A stretch of DNA of 64,000 nucleotides. It comes from Takakia lepidozioides. Its lineage: Eukaryota; Plantae; Bryophyta. The number at the start of each line of letters is the position of its first letter. Within the stretch, counting starts at the first letter, position 1. The notes beneath the pieces are model-generated. The model was given only the letters and a program-made list of their open reading frames with translations, was not told the origin of the DNA and made no database searches. Below are positions 1-12,399 of the stretch, in pieces. A program made the position numbers and the translations under genes. The stretch is from NCBI GenBank assembly GCA_030704615.1, contig CM060732.1, forward strand, positions 66,154,001-66,218,000. The letters run 5' to 3'.

Positions 1-335
1 AAGAGGCCGTTCCATACTCAACTCTTTGAAGGACGTGGCTCTCCATTTGATGGACCGTAAGTGAAGGTATTGAGAAGAGAGGTGTAATATACAAACTGTG
101 GATACAGCGTAGACCTGTAGTTATAAATATGCACAGATTGTATGTTACACCTCTCTTTCCAAAAACCTTCACTTACAGTCCATCAAATGAAAACCGAAGC
201 GCCACGTCCTGTAAAGGGTCGAGTATGGAACAGCCTCTTTATAACTTTCATTCAAAAGGTCTATGCTATATCCACACCTCTTTTTTCAACACCTTCACCT
301 ACAGTTCATCGAATGAAAATCGAAGCGCCGCTTCC
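1..335. repeat. Foldback / long inverted repeat (1-100 vs 132-239) plus a direct partial copy (~274-335); probable MITE or foldback transposon remnant, may extend left of the window
   Basis: The reverse complement of 132-239 (aagaggctgttccatactcgacccttt...atttgatggactgtaagtgaagg...gagaggtgtaacatacaatctgtg) aligns with 1-100. The acacctct...accttcac.tacagt.catc.aatgaaaa.cgaagcgcc block occurs twice in direct orientation. Confidence 0.8.
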
Positions 336-1178
336 TGCCGCAGTGTTGTGCGTCCCTCGAGTCCAGAGTGGAAAACTTATCAAGCCACATGAAATTTCAG
401 GCCATCTCAAATTCGAGTGGATCAACTCCCCGTCCCCCCTACAATCCTTCCGAACAGTCTGATCTCTGAAAGTCACATGGAAGAGACACGATGTGGAGCA
501 GAAGCGCAAGCGCATTGCCGCCATTACTACCTACTCGACTGCAGACCCGGACAGCAGCACGGAGAAAATCATCCAGTTGGATGGATGTGTTTCTGGGCTT
601 CCCGCATAAACAAGAAGTCCAAATGTAAAGAAGTGCCAACGTGGAGTGCGGTGTCCTTCCGAGCGAGCACGTTCTCGCTCTGCGAAGCGTCCGATGCGAG
701 AGGCTGGGGCATCGCTGCCGTCCAAAGGAAAGGTCAAGAGGCAAGAACAAGAGCAAGAAAGAGGGAGGAAGCAAGACGACAAAGAGGAAGCGCGTGGCGA
801 GGGATAAGACGTGCACAGGTGTCCTTTGTTCTTATCTCTGCGCGCTCTCGCAGTAGGTACACTGTGCTGCTGCAGTTCACGAGACTTGCTCGGTGCCGGG
901 CAGCTGTTGAGCCGCTGCGGTGCGCCCGATTTCCCGTTAAATAGCCTCGGTTGGCACTGGTAGTCTTCTTTTCTTGCTCCAGTTTTGTAGATCTTGAGTT
1001 TGAGTGGTTGTGTGTGCGACGGGAGTGGAAACACCTTGGGAGGTTGAGGTTCTGCCTTGCTTTGCTTGCTTGATTAGAGGGAGTAACACTCTGTCTGCTT
1101 TTCTTAGTGTCTGCTTTTCTTAGTTTGGTGGAGCGTAAGGTTGTTTGTGTGGAGCTTGTGCGGACGAGAGGGATCAAG

Positions 1179-2842
1179 ATGCTGGCTGTGTTTCACAAAG
1201 ATGTTGCTAGTGCTCCTCGGGAGCTGAGTGCGCCGGCTGGTGACAGCGGTGATGGCGTGAAGAGTGACATTGACATTCTCGATTCTTACAAGCATACTTA
1301 TCCTGATGCGATCTCTTTCCAATTTGCTGGCAACAGCACTATGGCCTACTCTCATGCAAAACAGGCCCTCTTGAGACCGAGGTACCTTTTCTTGTGCATT
1401 TTGCTTACCTGGCTCTTTTTTGAGTTGCGGGATAACGTGAAAACAAGTCTATGTTCTACTAGACTTGTGGTGTAAGGTCCTTGATTGATGTACTGTGTTT
1501 CTTTCGTTCTGTGTAGTCTCCCCATGACAGCCAGGGTTTGGGCCCTTTGTATGCCGAATAATAAGGCGATCGTATTGTTTGCAGAAGTGTATCTCTCTTG
1601 ATACTTCTTTGAATGCCTTATGTCAGAAATAGGGATGCAGTGGGAATAGAAACAGAACGAGGGTAGGACGCTTCCTGAGCGGAGTTTCTCAGTTGGTTTC
1701 TGACTTGTAGGTGGCTTACGTGGGATCTGTGCAGATCGTTTGCAGTTGTGGATGATGTATTCTGTATGTTTGTGGGCATATTGGAGAATTTGCCTCATCT
1801 CAGGCAGCAGTATGGTCTTTCAAAGAGTGTGAACGAGGTTACGCTTGTAATTGAGATGTACAGAGTCCTTCGAGATCGCGGCCCGTACTCAGCAGACCAA
1901 GTAGTTGGAGATCTAAGCGGTGCATTTGCCTTTGTCCTCTATGACACCAAGGCCAAGAAACTATTTGTTGCCTCTGTAAGTATCCCTTCGTATGTGGTGC
2001 TTGCCAAGTCGGAATGCTTCTTGGCATTGTAATTTCATGTCATGCCATATTTGTCATTGCCACTGGTCTACTACTGTTAGAAACAGACTATCCTGGCATT
2101 GAGGGAGTCATCTCCTCATCAGGGATGCATGAGTCTGGTCTTGCTGAGAAAGTTAGAATGCATCATCTATCATCAGTAGACTGAGCTGTTATTGTGCCTG
2201 AAGACTAGATGCTCGCCGTATCCATGGCTAATGGTGGGAGCAAATCACGATGGTCTGCAGGACAGTTACGGGAAAGTTCCCTTTTACTGGGGCACTGCTT
2301 CTGATGGGTCTCTTGCTTTCTCTGATGATGCCAATCTCCTGAAACATGGGTGTGGCAAGTCATTTGCCCCCTTCCCTCGAGGTAGGATTTTTCTATCAAT
2401 GGTCGAATGCAGATTAATGTTGTTTATTCCGTTTGCACTCACTGTCGCTCTGCTTAACGCTGTCAAGTTTGGAATTGAACCTTCGCAGTCGGAACGTCTA
2501 GTATCAAAAATGAGGAATAGGCACATAATGATGTGGTAAAAGTGCAGCTAGTCACATGTCACCCTAGGGTTCCATGTCCACCCTTTGGAGAATATGTGTT
2601 TGAAAGTATGCTTCTGAGGCTTTATGTCTTGAAACTGGATTTGTCTTCTGTATGCAGGGTGCTTTTTCTCAAGCTCATCAGGCTTGTCCAGCTTCGAGCA
2701 TCCGCTCAGCCCTATGACACCAGTTCCTCGGGTGGATAGCCAAGGCCAAATGTGTGGCTCGATGTTCAAGGTGGACGTTGTCCTTAGAAAAACTGCTCCT
2801 GGCTTCCCTCGTGTTGGCAGCGAGGCACACTGGACTGTTTGA
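1179..2842 (+). CDS. Stem-specific protein TSJT1 / Wali7 / aluminium-induced protein (DUF3700, Ntn-hydrolase-like). Exons 1179-1381, 1735-1975, 2261-2381, 2658-2842
   Basis: Family motifs MLAVFHKDVASAPREL, FAVVDDVFCMF, LRQQYGLSK...YRVLRDRGPYSADQVV, CGKSFAPFP.GCFFSS, FEHP...VPRVDSQGQMCG..FKVD. All introns are GT-AG and phase-consistent; TGA at 2840-2842. Confidence 0.95.
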
Positions 2843-4226
2843 AGCTCTATCTTTTTCTCAGAAGCACTTGGGAGTCAATAGATCATTATTTCTCCTTGTA
2901 CATTTTGTTAAATAACAACCATGCAGCCATGGAAGCTGTGTGGATCTATGACTGTGCAATTTGAATCATTGAAACGTGTTTCAGTGATTTTTGGGCCAAA
3001 GGCCTTTTTCCCATAATTTGAATCTTAGCCAGCTTGTTGTCCTGGCCTTTAACTCGGGACTATTTGCGTGCTTTAACAGGTTGAGAAAAAGGAAGATGAT
3101 AACAGCAAAACTGTGGCTCAAGGATTGGGCACCTTAAACTTCCTAGTGCCACCTGAATAAATATAGCTCAGACTGGCATAAACTGGGGGGCAAACAGTAG
3201 TTCTGATTTCAAATAAAGCGAGGACTATGATGGAGACAATTTCGAAGAGAGCAAGACTATGCAGTGGGGTTTTATACCAGGAAACTCAGCTTGTTGATTG
3301 TATCTAAGAAGCTCCATGCAACTGGAAGGAAGTATAGTTTGTCGATCTCCTCAGATGCTCTGTGTAGAAGTTGCCTTTCTAGAAAGAAACTCAAATGGTA
3401 TTGGCCTAGAACATTGTTCTTATATGCTAAGGGCTTTTTCCGCTCTGTACCCTTCCCAGGACAATACTTACATTGTTACACTTTGTAAGGGCACAAAGTA
3501 TGCCCAGTCACTGGCAGCAGGATACAGATTGAGAGAGTGGTTGGTGCAGAGTTTGCTTAGACTCTGGAGATTGGTCTGAACAGTTTTGATAGCAAAGGAT
3601 CAAACATTCATTTGTGACGCCTTCTAGAAATACTTTCATACTGATTCTGCAGGGTGGGAAGCTCTTGTAAAATATAGTCTCGTGGAAATTTGCTTCATGT
3701 TTGAGTGAAGCTGTTTTGGTCGGTACAAGACTGTCACATACTGGGTAGTGGCTATAGTCCAGACTTGAAGGGGGAAACTGGTCTTTGCTCCCCTGCAACA
3801 TGGAAAAGCACTGGTCCAAAGGCATTCTTGATGATAGCAACGATGACAGAGACTTGGGAGGAAGGAGGAGGTTGGAAGGCATGGATGACAAGTGGGACTA
3901 CGCTGGAGGATAACTAAGTATGAAGGCCGTGTCAAGAAAAGTAGATGTAAATGCGTGTCACCTTGTGTCTCATTGTGACAGTAAAATATCAGGTCAGGAA
4001 ATGTGGAGCTTATTTCAATGGACAAGTGTAGAAATATCCTCGGCTTTACATGAAATCGAATTAGGAACAGATTGGGAACATGTCATTGTCTGATTGAGAA
4101 CTTGTCGAGAATCTGTTATCATTGCTATTATTATTATTAAATTTAACGCTGAAGTGACATGGCCCTGGATTATTGAAGGGAAAAAAATTAAAACCCTTGA
4201 GAACAAAGTTAGAAACGGGTTGAGAC

Positions 4227-6135
4227 CAGTGTTGGACTGGTATATAGGGCCTGGACCGAATTATTAAATAACCGACCCAGCTGGTATGGGGTTGTAATAG
4301 GTACTAGTTTTGAACTGAACAGGCTGGTATTGACTATTGACAAAGGAAATACTTGTGCAATATGTAGAGCAGTTTCATTCGGCCCGGTTATTTTTAGAGT
4401 GGTCCAAGAATTAGCGTGGTCCAGGAGTTAAAAGAGGGGGTCAATGTATTAAGGCCACTTGTATTATTTAATAAAATAAAGGGTCCAAAAATTAAGGATT
4501 GACTTTCTAGCGTGGGGTTTTTAGATAGTTTTAGTTCTAGTTGACTTTCCAATTTCTAGGTAGTTCTATTAATATGTCGGTCCAGTGAGAGAAGCAAGTG
4601 ACTAGTTGCTTGTAACTTGTGTCTTCAACATGCACAGGCACTAGTAGCGTGTCTCACTAGTGGTTTGAGAGCCAGAGCCAGCGTGAGTAGTTGTTTGCTA
4701 TGTTGGGGGTCGGGCCAAGTATGGCAGGCAGGTTCAAAATGGCTGCAAGAGGGAAAGACAAGGTGGTGCAGGGTGCAGAGAAGTTCATAGAGGCAAGTGT
4801 TACTATCGGCGTGGGTGGAGCAGATATCGACGTCACATCAGGTCCCCTTTATTCCACTTGTTCACAGATTTAGTGACACTCACCATGCATTTTAGTGATT
4901 GGGTAGCAACCTCCAGTAGGTTGACTCTTGGTTCTCATTTCTGCAACTCTTGCATTACCCACTTTTCAAACTTTCTATAATTTATTAATAAAGTTTGACG
5001 CTCGACCATCCAACAATTAAAAGAAATCTCATCTCACTACCCGTATTATGGGCAAAAACAAAGACTATACACATGGTATAGATACCAAGTTGGGGTCAAG
5101 GCATGTCCAGGCCAAAGGGCCCGCCACTATTTTTCATTTTTTAGCACATGTAGTTAGGACAATGACAACTTGGCATTGACAACCTCGACAAATTAGTGCT
5201 ATTTTAAAAAAATGGGCCGGATGAGGTGCACACGGATTGCAAGGTCGTTGAGCAAGGGATCAAGGATTTCTTTATGTCGGAAGACAATACGAGTGAAGAA
5301 GATGAGGACCTCATTGCAGATGCCGGCATGTTTGACAATGAGGCTTGCAATCAGTTTTCTCTTAACAAGGCTTGCGCTTCACTAGGGAGCACAACCCACA
5401 GTCATGGGAGTTTTATGTTTTGTAATGTCGGTCATAGGAGTTATATGTTTTTCAGACGGAATAAAACCATAAGCACTTGTTCTTTGTGTTAATTTCGCAT
5501 AATTGTTAGCTTCACCAATTTCATTTCGCTGTGGAAATTTCACAGCAAACATTCGTGAAAATTTTGATGCCTCCCGAAGGTAGCGTAACTTATGGTGTCA
5601 CTTCATCACAAGAGCTACTGTCTTCCAGCTGAAAGGTGAACGAACACCTTCATGACAAACCGGACTGGTTTGAACCCACAACCACATCCAACGTGGTATG
5701 TGCCCATTTCCACTAGGCTACATGCTGGTTGTTGAGGAATATGCCCTTGTGCTCACATAAAGCATACTTTGCGTACTAGTCCAAAATGTTATTATGTAAT
5801 GCAAAGTCTGAATTTTGCAACAAAATATTCCTTTGAAATCAATCTAATAAAACTCCAACCAGGGCCAGTCCCCTGTTCTCTTAAAAATAAAATAAGAAAT
5901 CAAGTATGCTTCTAAATTAAATCCATATTAATGAATTGGTGATTATTTTAATTTTAAGTTTAACTATTTATAACCAGGTTTATAACCGGCTGGTATTACG
6001 ATTGGAATACCCGTCCTATTGATACCCCTCCACAAATAAAAAGTCATACTACTATTGAGAACCGGCGGATATTAGAATTAAATGAATATTCCAATACTAT
6101 GGAATCGGCTGGTATTAAGAGCCCACCCAACCCTC
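4227..6135. mobile_element. Non-autonomous hAT-type DNA transposon, copy 1, enlarged by nested insertions
   Basis: Ends CAGTGTTGG...CCAACCCTC; 8-bp TSD GTTGAGAC (4219-4226) / GTTCAGAC (6136-6143). Collinear with 26469-27554 over several blocks (ggctggtat subterminal motifs, ggactatacacatggtatagata, gggcccgccactatt). Confidence 0.8.
5565..5732 (-). mobile_element. tRNA-derived SINE, family 1, nested inside the hAT element
   Basis: On the minus strand: A-box TAGCCTAGTGG and B-box GGTTCAAACC. Body and 3' end (acaccataa.ttacg...ccttcgggaggc.tca) are shared with 15385-15563 and 26950-27120. Confidence 0.8.
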
Positions 6136-7789
6136 GTTCAGACCCAATTGAGAATCTAGTTTTCTTATTAGCTTTGAATACTAAAGTGATTCAATATGAA
6201 ATAATTATGAACAAGCGACCTCTATGCACAACTCACTCATTATAATCCTAATGAAAGAGCATGCTCTTTTTCAAATTCCCGAAGCTGAGTGATGATATTT
6301 CTTGCTAGCTGCATCACCTGCACGCAAGATTTAGTGTAACAAAAACACCAAAAAATCTAATTCAGCTTCACACAAGATAGCCAAAGTACGTTTAACCAAC
6401 TGAAATGAGATAATTGCATACATTCCCGGTGAAGGTCATAATTCCCATGCTCAGTTGCCTACAATAGTGCCTTCCAAGTATGCAGTTTCCAAGGAATTTT
6501 TTTTAGCTCTTAGAAGAAGCAGAGTAACTGCATGGAATGCTCTAGTCTTCACCTTGACTCCACAGCTAGATTGGAGAAAAGGAGAAGGTGAAGGAACATC
6601 CACTTGATAGAGAAAGGGAGGCAAGAACGTAAATATTGTAGTCATTGAGCTAGCAATGTATGTTGCAAGGAGGAGGAAAACTTTTGCCGACAGAGGCATA
6701 ACTTATGGTGTCACTTCTTGTTTATCAGACCAAGCAAGCACATGAAAATTGCTTCATTTGTAATAGGCTGGGTGGTCAAAGCAACTGCAGTAGGGGAGAG
6801 AGCAAACCAGGAGACGTAAAGCACGCCAAAAAATTTTGTTTGTATTTATCGTGCCGTTTAAAAGCAGAATTCATCGGGGTGCATTCCACCTTGCGGAATG
6901 CACCCCATCAGCTCCCTCGAGTGCATTCCGAAATGCAGAATGCTCCGGCCATTACATTTTTTTCAAAAAAAATTGGCATTTCTTTACGCAGAATAATGCC
7001 CTCCACGCAGGCACCGGCAGCAAGTGTTTAAGTTCCAAGAAAAGACTTGTTCTCTGGTGGAGTCTACGTATAACGTGTACAACTTAACCTGGCATTTAGT
7101 GACAGGAACCCACCTCAGAAGAAGACGAAGCAACAAGTGATGAGTCTACATGGTCCAACAGCAGCAGCACTTTCTGCAGCACTATTCGCTGCTCCTCCAC
7201 TTTGATCCCAAGCACCTCCACCTGTAAATTTGAATTTAGTCAGTGTTCATAAGCTATATACTTCCTGCCTGTGTTGTGTGTTTGTGTTTCTCACTATCTA
7301 TAATCACCATGATACTTTCTGGGACAAAACCTGGGCTCTCTGGATGTGGTCATTCAGTCCCATGGCATTTTGGGGTTTTCTTCTGTCTCTCTTTCTGCCC
7401 TGTTTTACTGCAACTGCCTTCAAACATATTAACCAACCCTATTGGTCAACCAGGACACAGGTGTGGCCCAGTCCTGAAACCAGGACAAATTGGATCTAGG
7501 GTTGTGACTGCATAATGAAATCCATCACAAATTTCTCGTTACTTGTCTGTTGGATTAAATGATTTTCTTAGGAATGTCCAGTGCTCACATTTGTAAGTTA
7601 GTATGTGCAGTTTCAGAGCCACAGCTAAGCATAGTTGTCACCATAGTGCTTCTACAATACCAGTTTACTTCAAAAGGTGACGACAGCTAACTGATGTTCT
7701 CATGCACGGCTTCCATTAGTAGACTGAGCCTCTTTCATGCTGTGACGACTTGGTACAAGCTCATAGCAAAAACTTGACTGTTAGAAAGA

Positions 7790-10700
7790 TTATTGGCTGA
7801 TGAGAACAACCTCATACTCAGACTTTTGAAGATTGCAGATGAGCACTGTTTCGCGTTGCACCACCTCGGGAGACGGCTTTGCCATTCTATTTAACCACTT
7901 AAAACCTGCACACCTGTTTGTGCCACATGCGTTATGGATAATGGCCATCCCACTTACAGGAGATTTTACTGGGAGATAGAGTCTTGAACTTGACAGCATC
8001 TACCATATGATCCTTGGTGTGTTTCTCTCAAGAATAGACAAAGAGGGGCTGAAAGCATCCAGCTACAAAAGCATTCATGTGGGTGAATGGACACATATGA
8101 AGCATATGCACTCCAGGTGTACAATGCCTCCCAAATTAGTAACCATACCTGCCACAATCACTTCCAATTCTGCTCACTTCCTTTCAGGGTGTATGTTTGC
8201 AGGAGAAAGAGAGAACAATACTGATTGCATCGGATGGGGTTTCTGTCACCTGCAGCAGCTTGTTTGCTGACATGTAGGAGACAAAGGAGTTGCACCGTTG
8301 CCAGATGGCACCTGGGACACACAATGCCAGTTTTTCTCAAAATCCTGCCACTATGGAGATGAACATGACTGTGGAATGGGAGACATTAGTCAGTAGAAAA
8401 GTGGTCAGACTTGCTAAGATCCCAATGCAGTGGCTAGTATCTCTAACACACCCAGAGCACACCCCAGTTCACTGGGCAACTTGCTGAAGAATCTATTTAA
8501 ATTATGAATTGTTCAAAAGCTTAACCCTTACTATTTTAGAACTCAAGCCCCTAATTTGTAGGACCAAACCATTGCCAAAATCGCATTGATGGACATTGAA
8601 AACTTCAAATCGAACACTGGCCAGAGAGGGTGGATAGAAAAACGGACTGGGAGGTATATTGACTCACTGAGTGCATGCCATGGAGTTGCTGTGCAGCTTT
8701 GAGCTCTGCCTGCAACCTTCACACATTAGTACCAACAGGCTTGCATCAAGTTCCATAAAACCCACCAAGCCCTACTGCTTGGAAATTCCATAGGCCAAAT
8801 TTTAGCATGCCAGACAGTGCAAACTTGCAGTCAGTCTGTAGGCTGGTGTGCTCACATTGGAAGTGACACTGAGCAACAACACAGTCCGACCTGAGCATAC
8901 GAACTTGGCATTTGTAATGCATATGACAGTAAATGGATGGAGAACAAGAGAGAGAGACCTGGAATTGCAAACTTCCAATTCCTCAAGTTTCTTCTGAAGG
9001 TGGCTTGTCTGTTGTAGAGAAGTACTGCGATCAGTTTTAACTGCACCAGCAGCTGCTTCGCAAATACAATGGAGCACTGTCTGCCGCACCATTGCCCGCA
9101 CTTGTACCTCATCCAAGTGCTGTCGCACTCCCTCCACCTATCCACCACAAGCCATGACTGCCTTCTTATTCCCCATTTCATGTACATCCAGAAACCTTAT
9201 ACCAATGACATGGCTTCATCAAGGCACATTCTGCCTGCTTTGGAGAGTTGCAGCCATACCAATAGAAAGGGGAGGCAAAGAATGCTCCAAACAAGAAGAC
9301 AAATAACCCCAGTTGATATGATATTTAACTCTTCTTGAGCAAGTCCCTGGGGGAAAAGTACGTGAAGAATAATGTCTGTTTTCAGCTGACAAGCTCTTTA
9401 CCCCCCAACCCAACACTCCCAATTCCCTCCTGGCGAAAAATGTGCAGGACAATACAAGTTCCTCTAACTATGAGAATGTTTGTGAAATAATCATTGAAGC
9501 TCTCCACTGTTTGCCCACACCTTTTGAGCAGGGGACACTAAACCACCTAGTCCAGATACTTCATCCAGATCGATAAGGTAGTTAGTCATATAATACACAA
9601 AGGGAGGGTGAAGTACTAGCAGCCAGGAAATAGGAAGAAAACCTACCACCTTCTCCAGCTCCATCACGATCTTCTGCTTCCTCAAAACATCCTGTAACTG
9701 CACAAACACCTCAAAAACATTGTTGGCAGTTTGATTTAAATACAGCCTTAGTATACTGTGCAGAAGTAGATGTTGCATTGAGATGTTGGCCAGGGTAAGA
9801 CAAGCAAGACCTTCAGGGCAGTCTCAACAGCAAAATGTAGGTCCTGCTCCAGTTGTGTCTTGTCAGCCATGCACCTTCCCAACTTTTGCTCCAACTCTTC
9901 CATCTGTCAGGGGGGTCATTAGTGATTGCATTCACTCACAGCATATGGATTTCATTTGGGAGCAAGGATTATTATCTCCAGCTTGAATCCTATTAAAGGA
10001 AGCTATGCTAGATGCTTTGTACACCTGACAACCTGACTCCCTTTCTTATGCTACTGCTTCAACGTTATGAGGGCCACGTTATCTCTAGAATGTGGCTAAG
10101 TTCTTCGTAACAACACTCAAGACTTGCCTGATTCCCTCTGGCTCTATCTCTATACTTGAATATGGACCACAAGGCTACGGCAAATAATGTCTTATCAGCA
10201 TATTCTATACTTGAATATGGCTAACTCCATTCTGGGATTACTTAATCCTGTCATGGTGTTGAGATATTGCTTTCTGAGTTACTTGTACATCTCTGTTGGT
10301 TAGACAAGGAGAAGGGTATGTCCATGAAGGTTCATACTGAACGAACATGATATTTGATGGCGAACTAATCCGTGATATCTTGTGCTAGGCCCTGTAGCAG
10401 CAGCATCTGGAGTATGTGTACACCCTTCTACATGATCGGCTCAATGTACATTGCTCGCTTTGCTGGTCTATGTAGACGATGCCTTGTGTCCGATTCAGAC
10501 TCCTTAAATATCTTGAAGGACTGCTTACTATGGCAACACAAAGAATGTTGACAGTATGAGGAACTTATATGGACTTGCCTACACTCTACTCTGAATCTAG
10601 GACTACTTTTGCAAACTTCTAGGTGTGCCCATGCTTGAGTACTTAGTCAAGTAATCCGTTCCTTTTGGGAATGAGTGCTTGCTGCCATGAGACCACCACC

Positions 10701-11950
10701 CCCTCCCTTTGGAGCATGGGCTGAAATAGGTACTGCTGAGTTGTGTACGTACTGCTGACGGAAATGGCTGAAAGGACCTCCCTTACCTCTCCTCCCTTTG
10801 CTAGTATAACCTGCCGTAGAGATGACACTGATAGCAAATGTGAAGGGGTTTAAGCCTGGGGTTCCACAAGGATAACTAACCTGTTGATTTGTTGGTTGGC
10901 TGTGATGGATCCAGATGAGGCTACTTCAACTTCTTTTGTTGCAAGTGAGGCTTTGAGCTCTCAAACCTCAAATGTGTTTGTATGTGTTGATTTTGTATAT
11001 ATACTAATGCTATTTGTGCTCTGAATGGTTTGAAGGATCTATGAGCTTGGACCTACATGGAAAGGAGTTACCTTTGAGGAGACACTTGTGCTCTTCCTAC
11101 TTCTAATGTTGCTTCTCTCTCCAAAGCAAATATCATACCTGCAGTTTGAGGTGAACAAGCTCAAGTTGTGTGGACTGAGGTACTGAAGTTGTTCCAATCT
11201 TAAAGGGCCTCAAGGGACTGCCTTGCTGCTCCACCTGGTGGCCCATAGATATTTTCACCTGCATTTTTTAGCATGGCTGAAGCTTTAACACACAGATAGA
11301 TTGCAACTTCCAAAGGTTGCTTATTACTACTGTAAAGAGGTGAACACCTAGTATGACTAGGAATGGATCGGATTGGACTGGTCTTCAGAGCTGGAGATGA
11401 CGCACCATCCTGATATAGAGGTGTGACCAAGCCCTAGAATGCAATACATTTCCTTTCCAATCCCCTTGCAACCATCCTTCATCACAAGGTAATTCGGCCA
11501 GCTCTCATCATGAGTACCGGAGTTCAGAGCCTTCGGAAACCCTCAAAAGAAATAACATGTACGGTTCCATCTCTGGCTCGTATACGCTGCTACTTCACGT
11601 CCTTGTCCAGCAGTGGGACTAGGGTAGAGAGAGAAATCCAGAGGGAGCAGTATATGAAGGGGGACTTACAGCCTTCGAACTCACATTTGATAACCCGTCA
11701 TTCAAAAACGTCTGCTTTGAAACACAATCCTCTTTCCCCGGCGGCACACACAGCTCTTGCATCACTCTCACTCAGGATCATTCTCTCTCTTCTCTCTCTC
11801 TCTCTCCACCCTTCTGTCCCTCCCGCTTTCTCAAGGCAGCATAACCTCACCTCCTTTCTGGCCACAAAACCCTTCTGCATCTCAATCGCCTCCTGTGAAT
11901 CTATGAGGCAGCTCCCGATTCCTCCTCTCGCTTCCCGCTTCTTTCCCCAC
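7790..11950 (-). pseudogene. Possible decayed multi-exon gene divergent from TRM13, product unidentified
   Basis: Exon-like pieces ending at GT donors: ...EAIEMQKGFVARKE|gtgag (~11850), ...LQDVLRKQKIVMELEK|gt (~9650), ...ggcag|gtatgg (~8150). A coiled-coil-like piece (RQHLDEVQVRAMVRQTV...LQKKLEELE) lies at ~8975-9137. In-frame stops are present and no family is recognised. Confidence 0.25.
10430..10880 (+). repeat. Dispersed repeat (probable LINE 3' end), homologous to ~40520-40975
   Basis: Shared blocks in the same order in both copies: tatga.ga.ctta.atggacttg, ttttgggaatg, tgagaccaccacccc, gcatgggctgaaataggt, ctgaaaggacct, gatgaca..gata.caa.tg.gaag, gcctggg(g)ttccaca.ggat. Confidence 0.7.
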
Positions 11951-12091
11951 ACTGTAGACCCAATACTGTAGACGAAGACGTGCCTCTCACTCAAATTTGA
12001 ATACTTTGGACCCAACCGTTGATACAGGCACGTCTGTCGACGTCAATAGCAGATGAACTGTGGTGCATCCATCACCAGTGCACTCTGAGGT

Positions 12092-12100
12092 TTAGGGTTT
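12092..12100. promoter_or_regulatory. Telo-box (TTAGGGTTT / AAACCCTAA) about 300 bp upstream of the TRM13 start
   Basis: Exact motif. Telo-boxes are common upstream of plant translation and RNA-processing genes. Single short motif only. Confidence 0.4.
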
Positions 12101-12399
12101 TTGGGGGGAGGGTGCAGACAGTGCAAATCTCGCGGAGAGTATTTTGGGCGAGTGCATAAAGCAACAGATCTTCGTTTCTTCTGATGCTAGACCTGTTTTA
12201 TATTTCAATTCTGGTGCAAATTTCTCATGTAGTTGATTACGGCGTGGGTTTGTGGAGAGACGGAGAATATGGAGATGATTCCCCAGGAAGAGCTTGATTG
12301 TAATCAGAAATGAGAGATTATGGTCATCCGAGTATGCTTGCCGTAGCTTGCTGGCTCTAGAGTTTATTTCTTGGTTGGAGGACGTAGACGAGAAGAGAT

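Noticed and set aside
417-1177. Overlapping 125-175 aa ORFs upstream of TSJT1
   Set aside because: GC- and GA-rich promoter/5'UTR sequence open in several frames, with no protein motifs.
3264-4025. Short ORFs downstream of TSJT1
   Set aside because: No recognisable domain or consistent exon chain.
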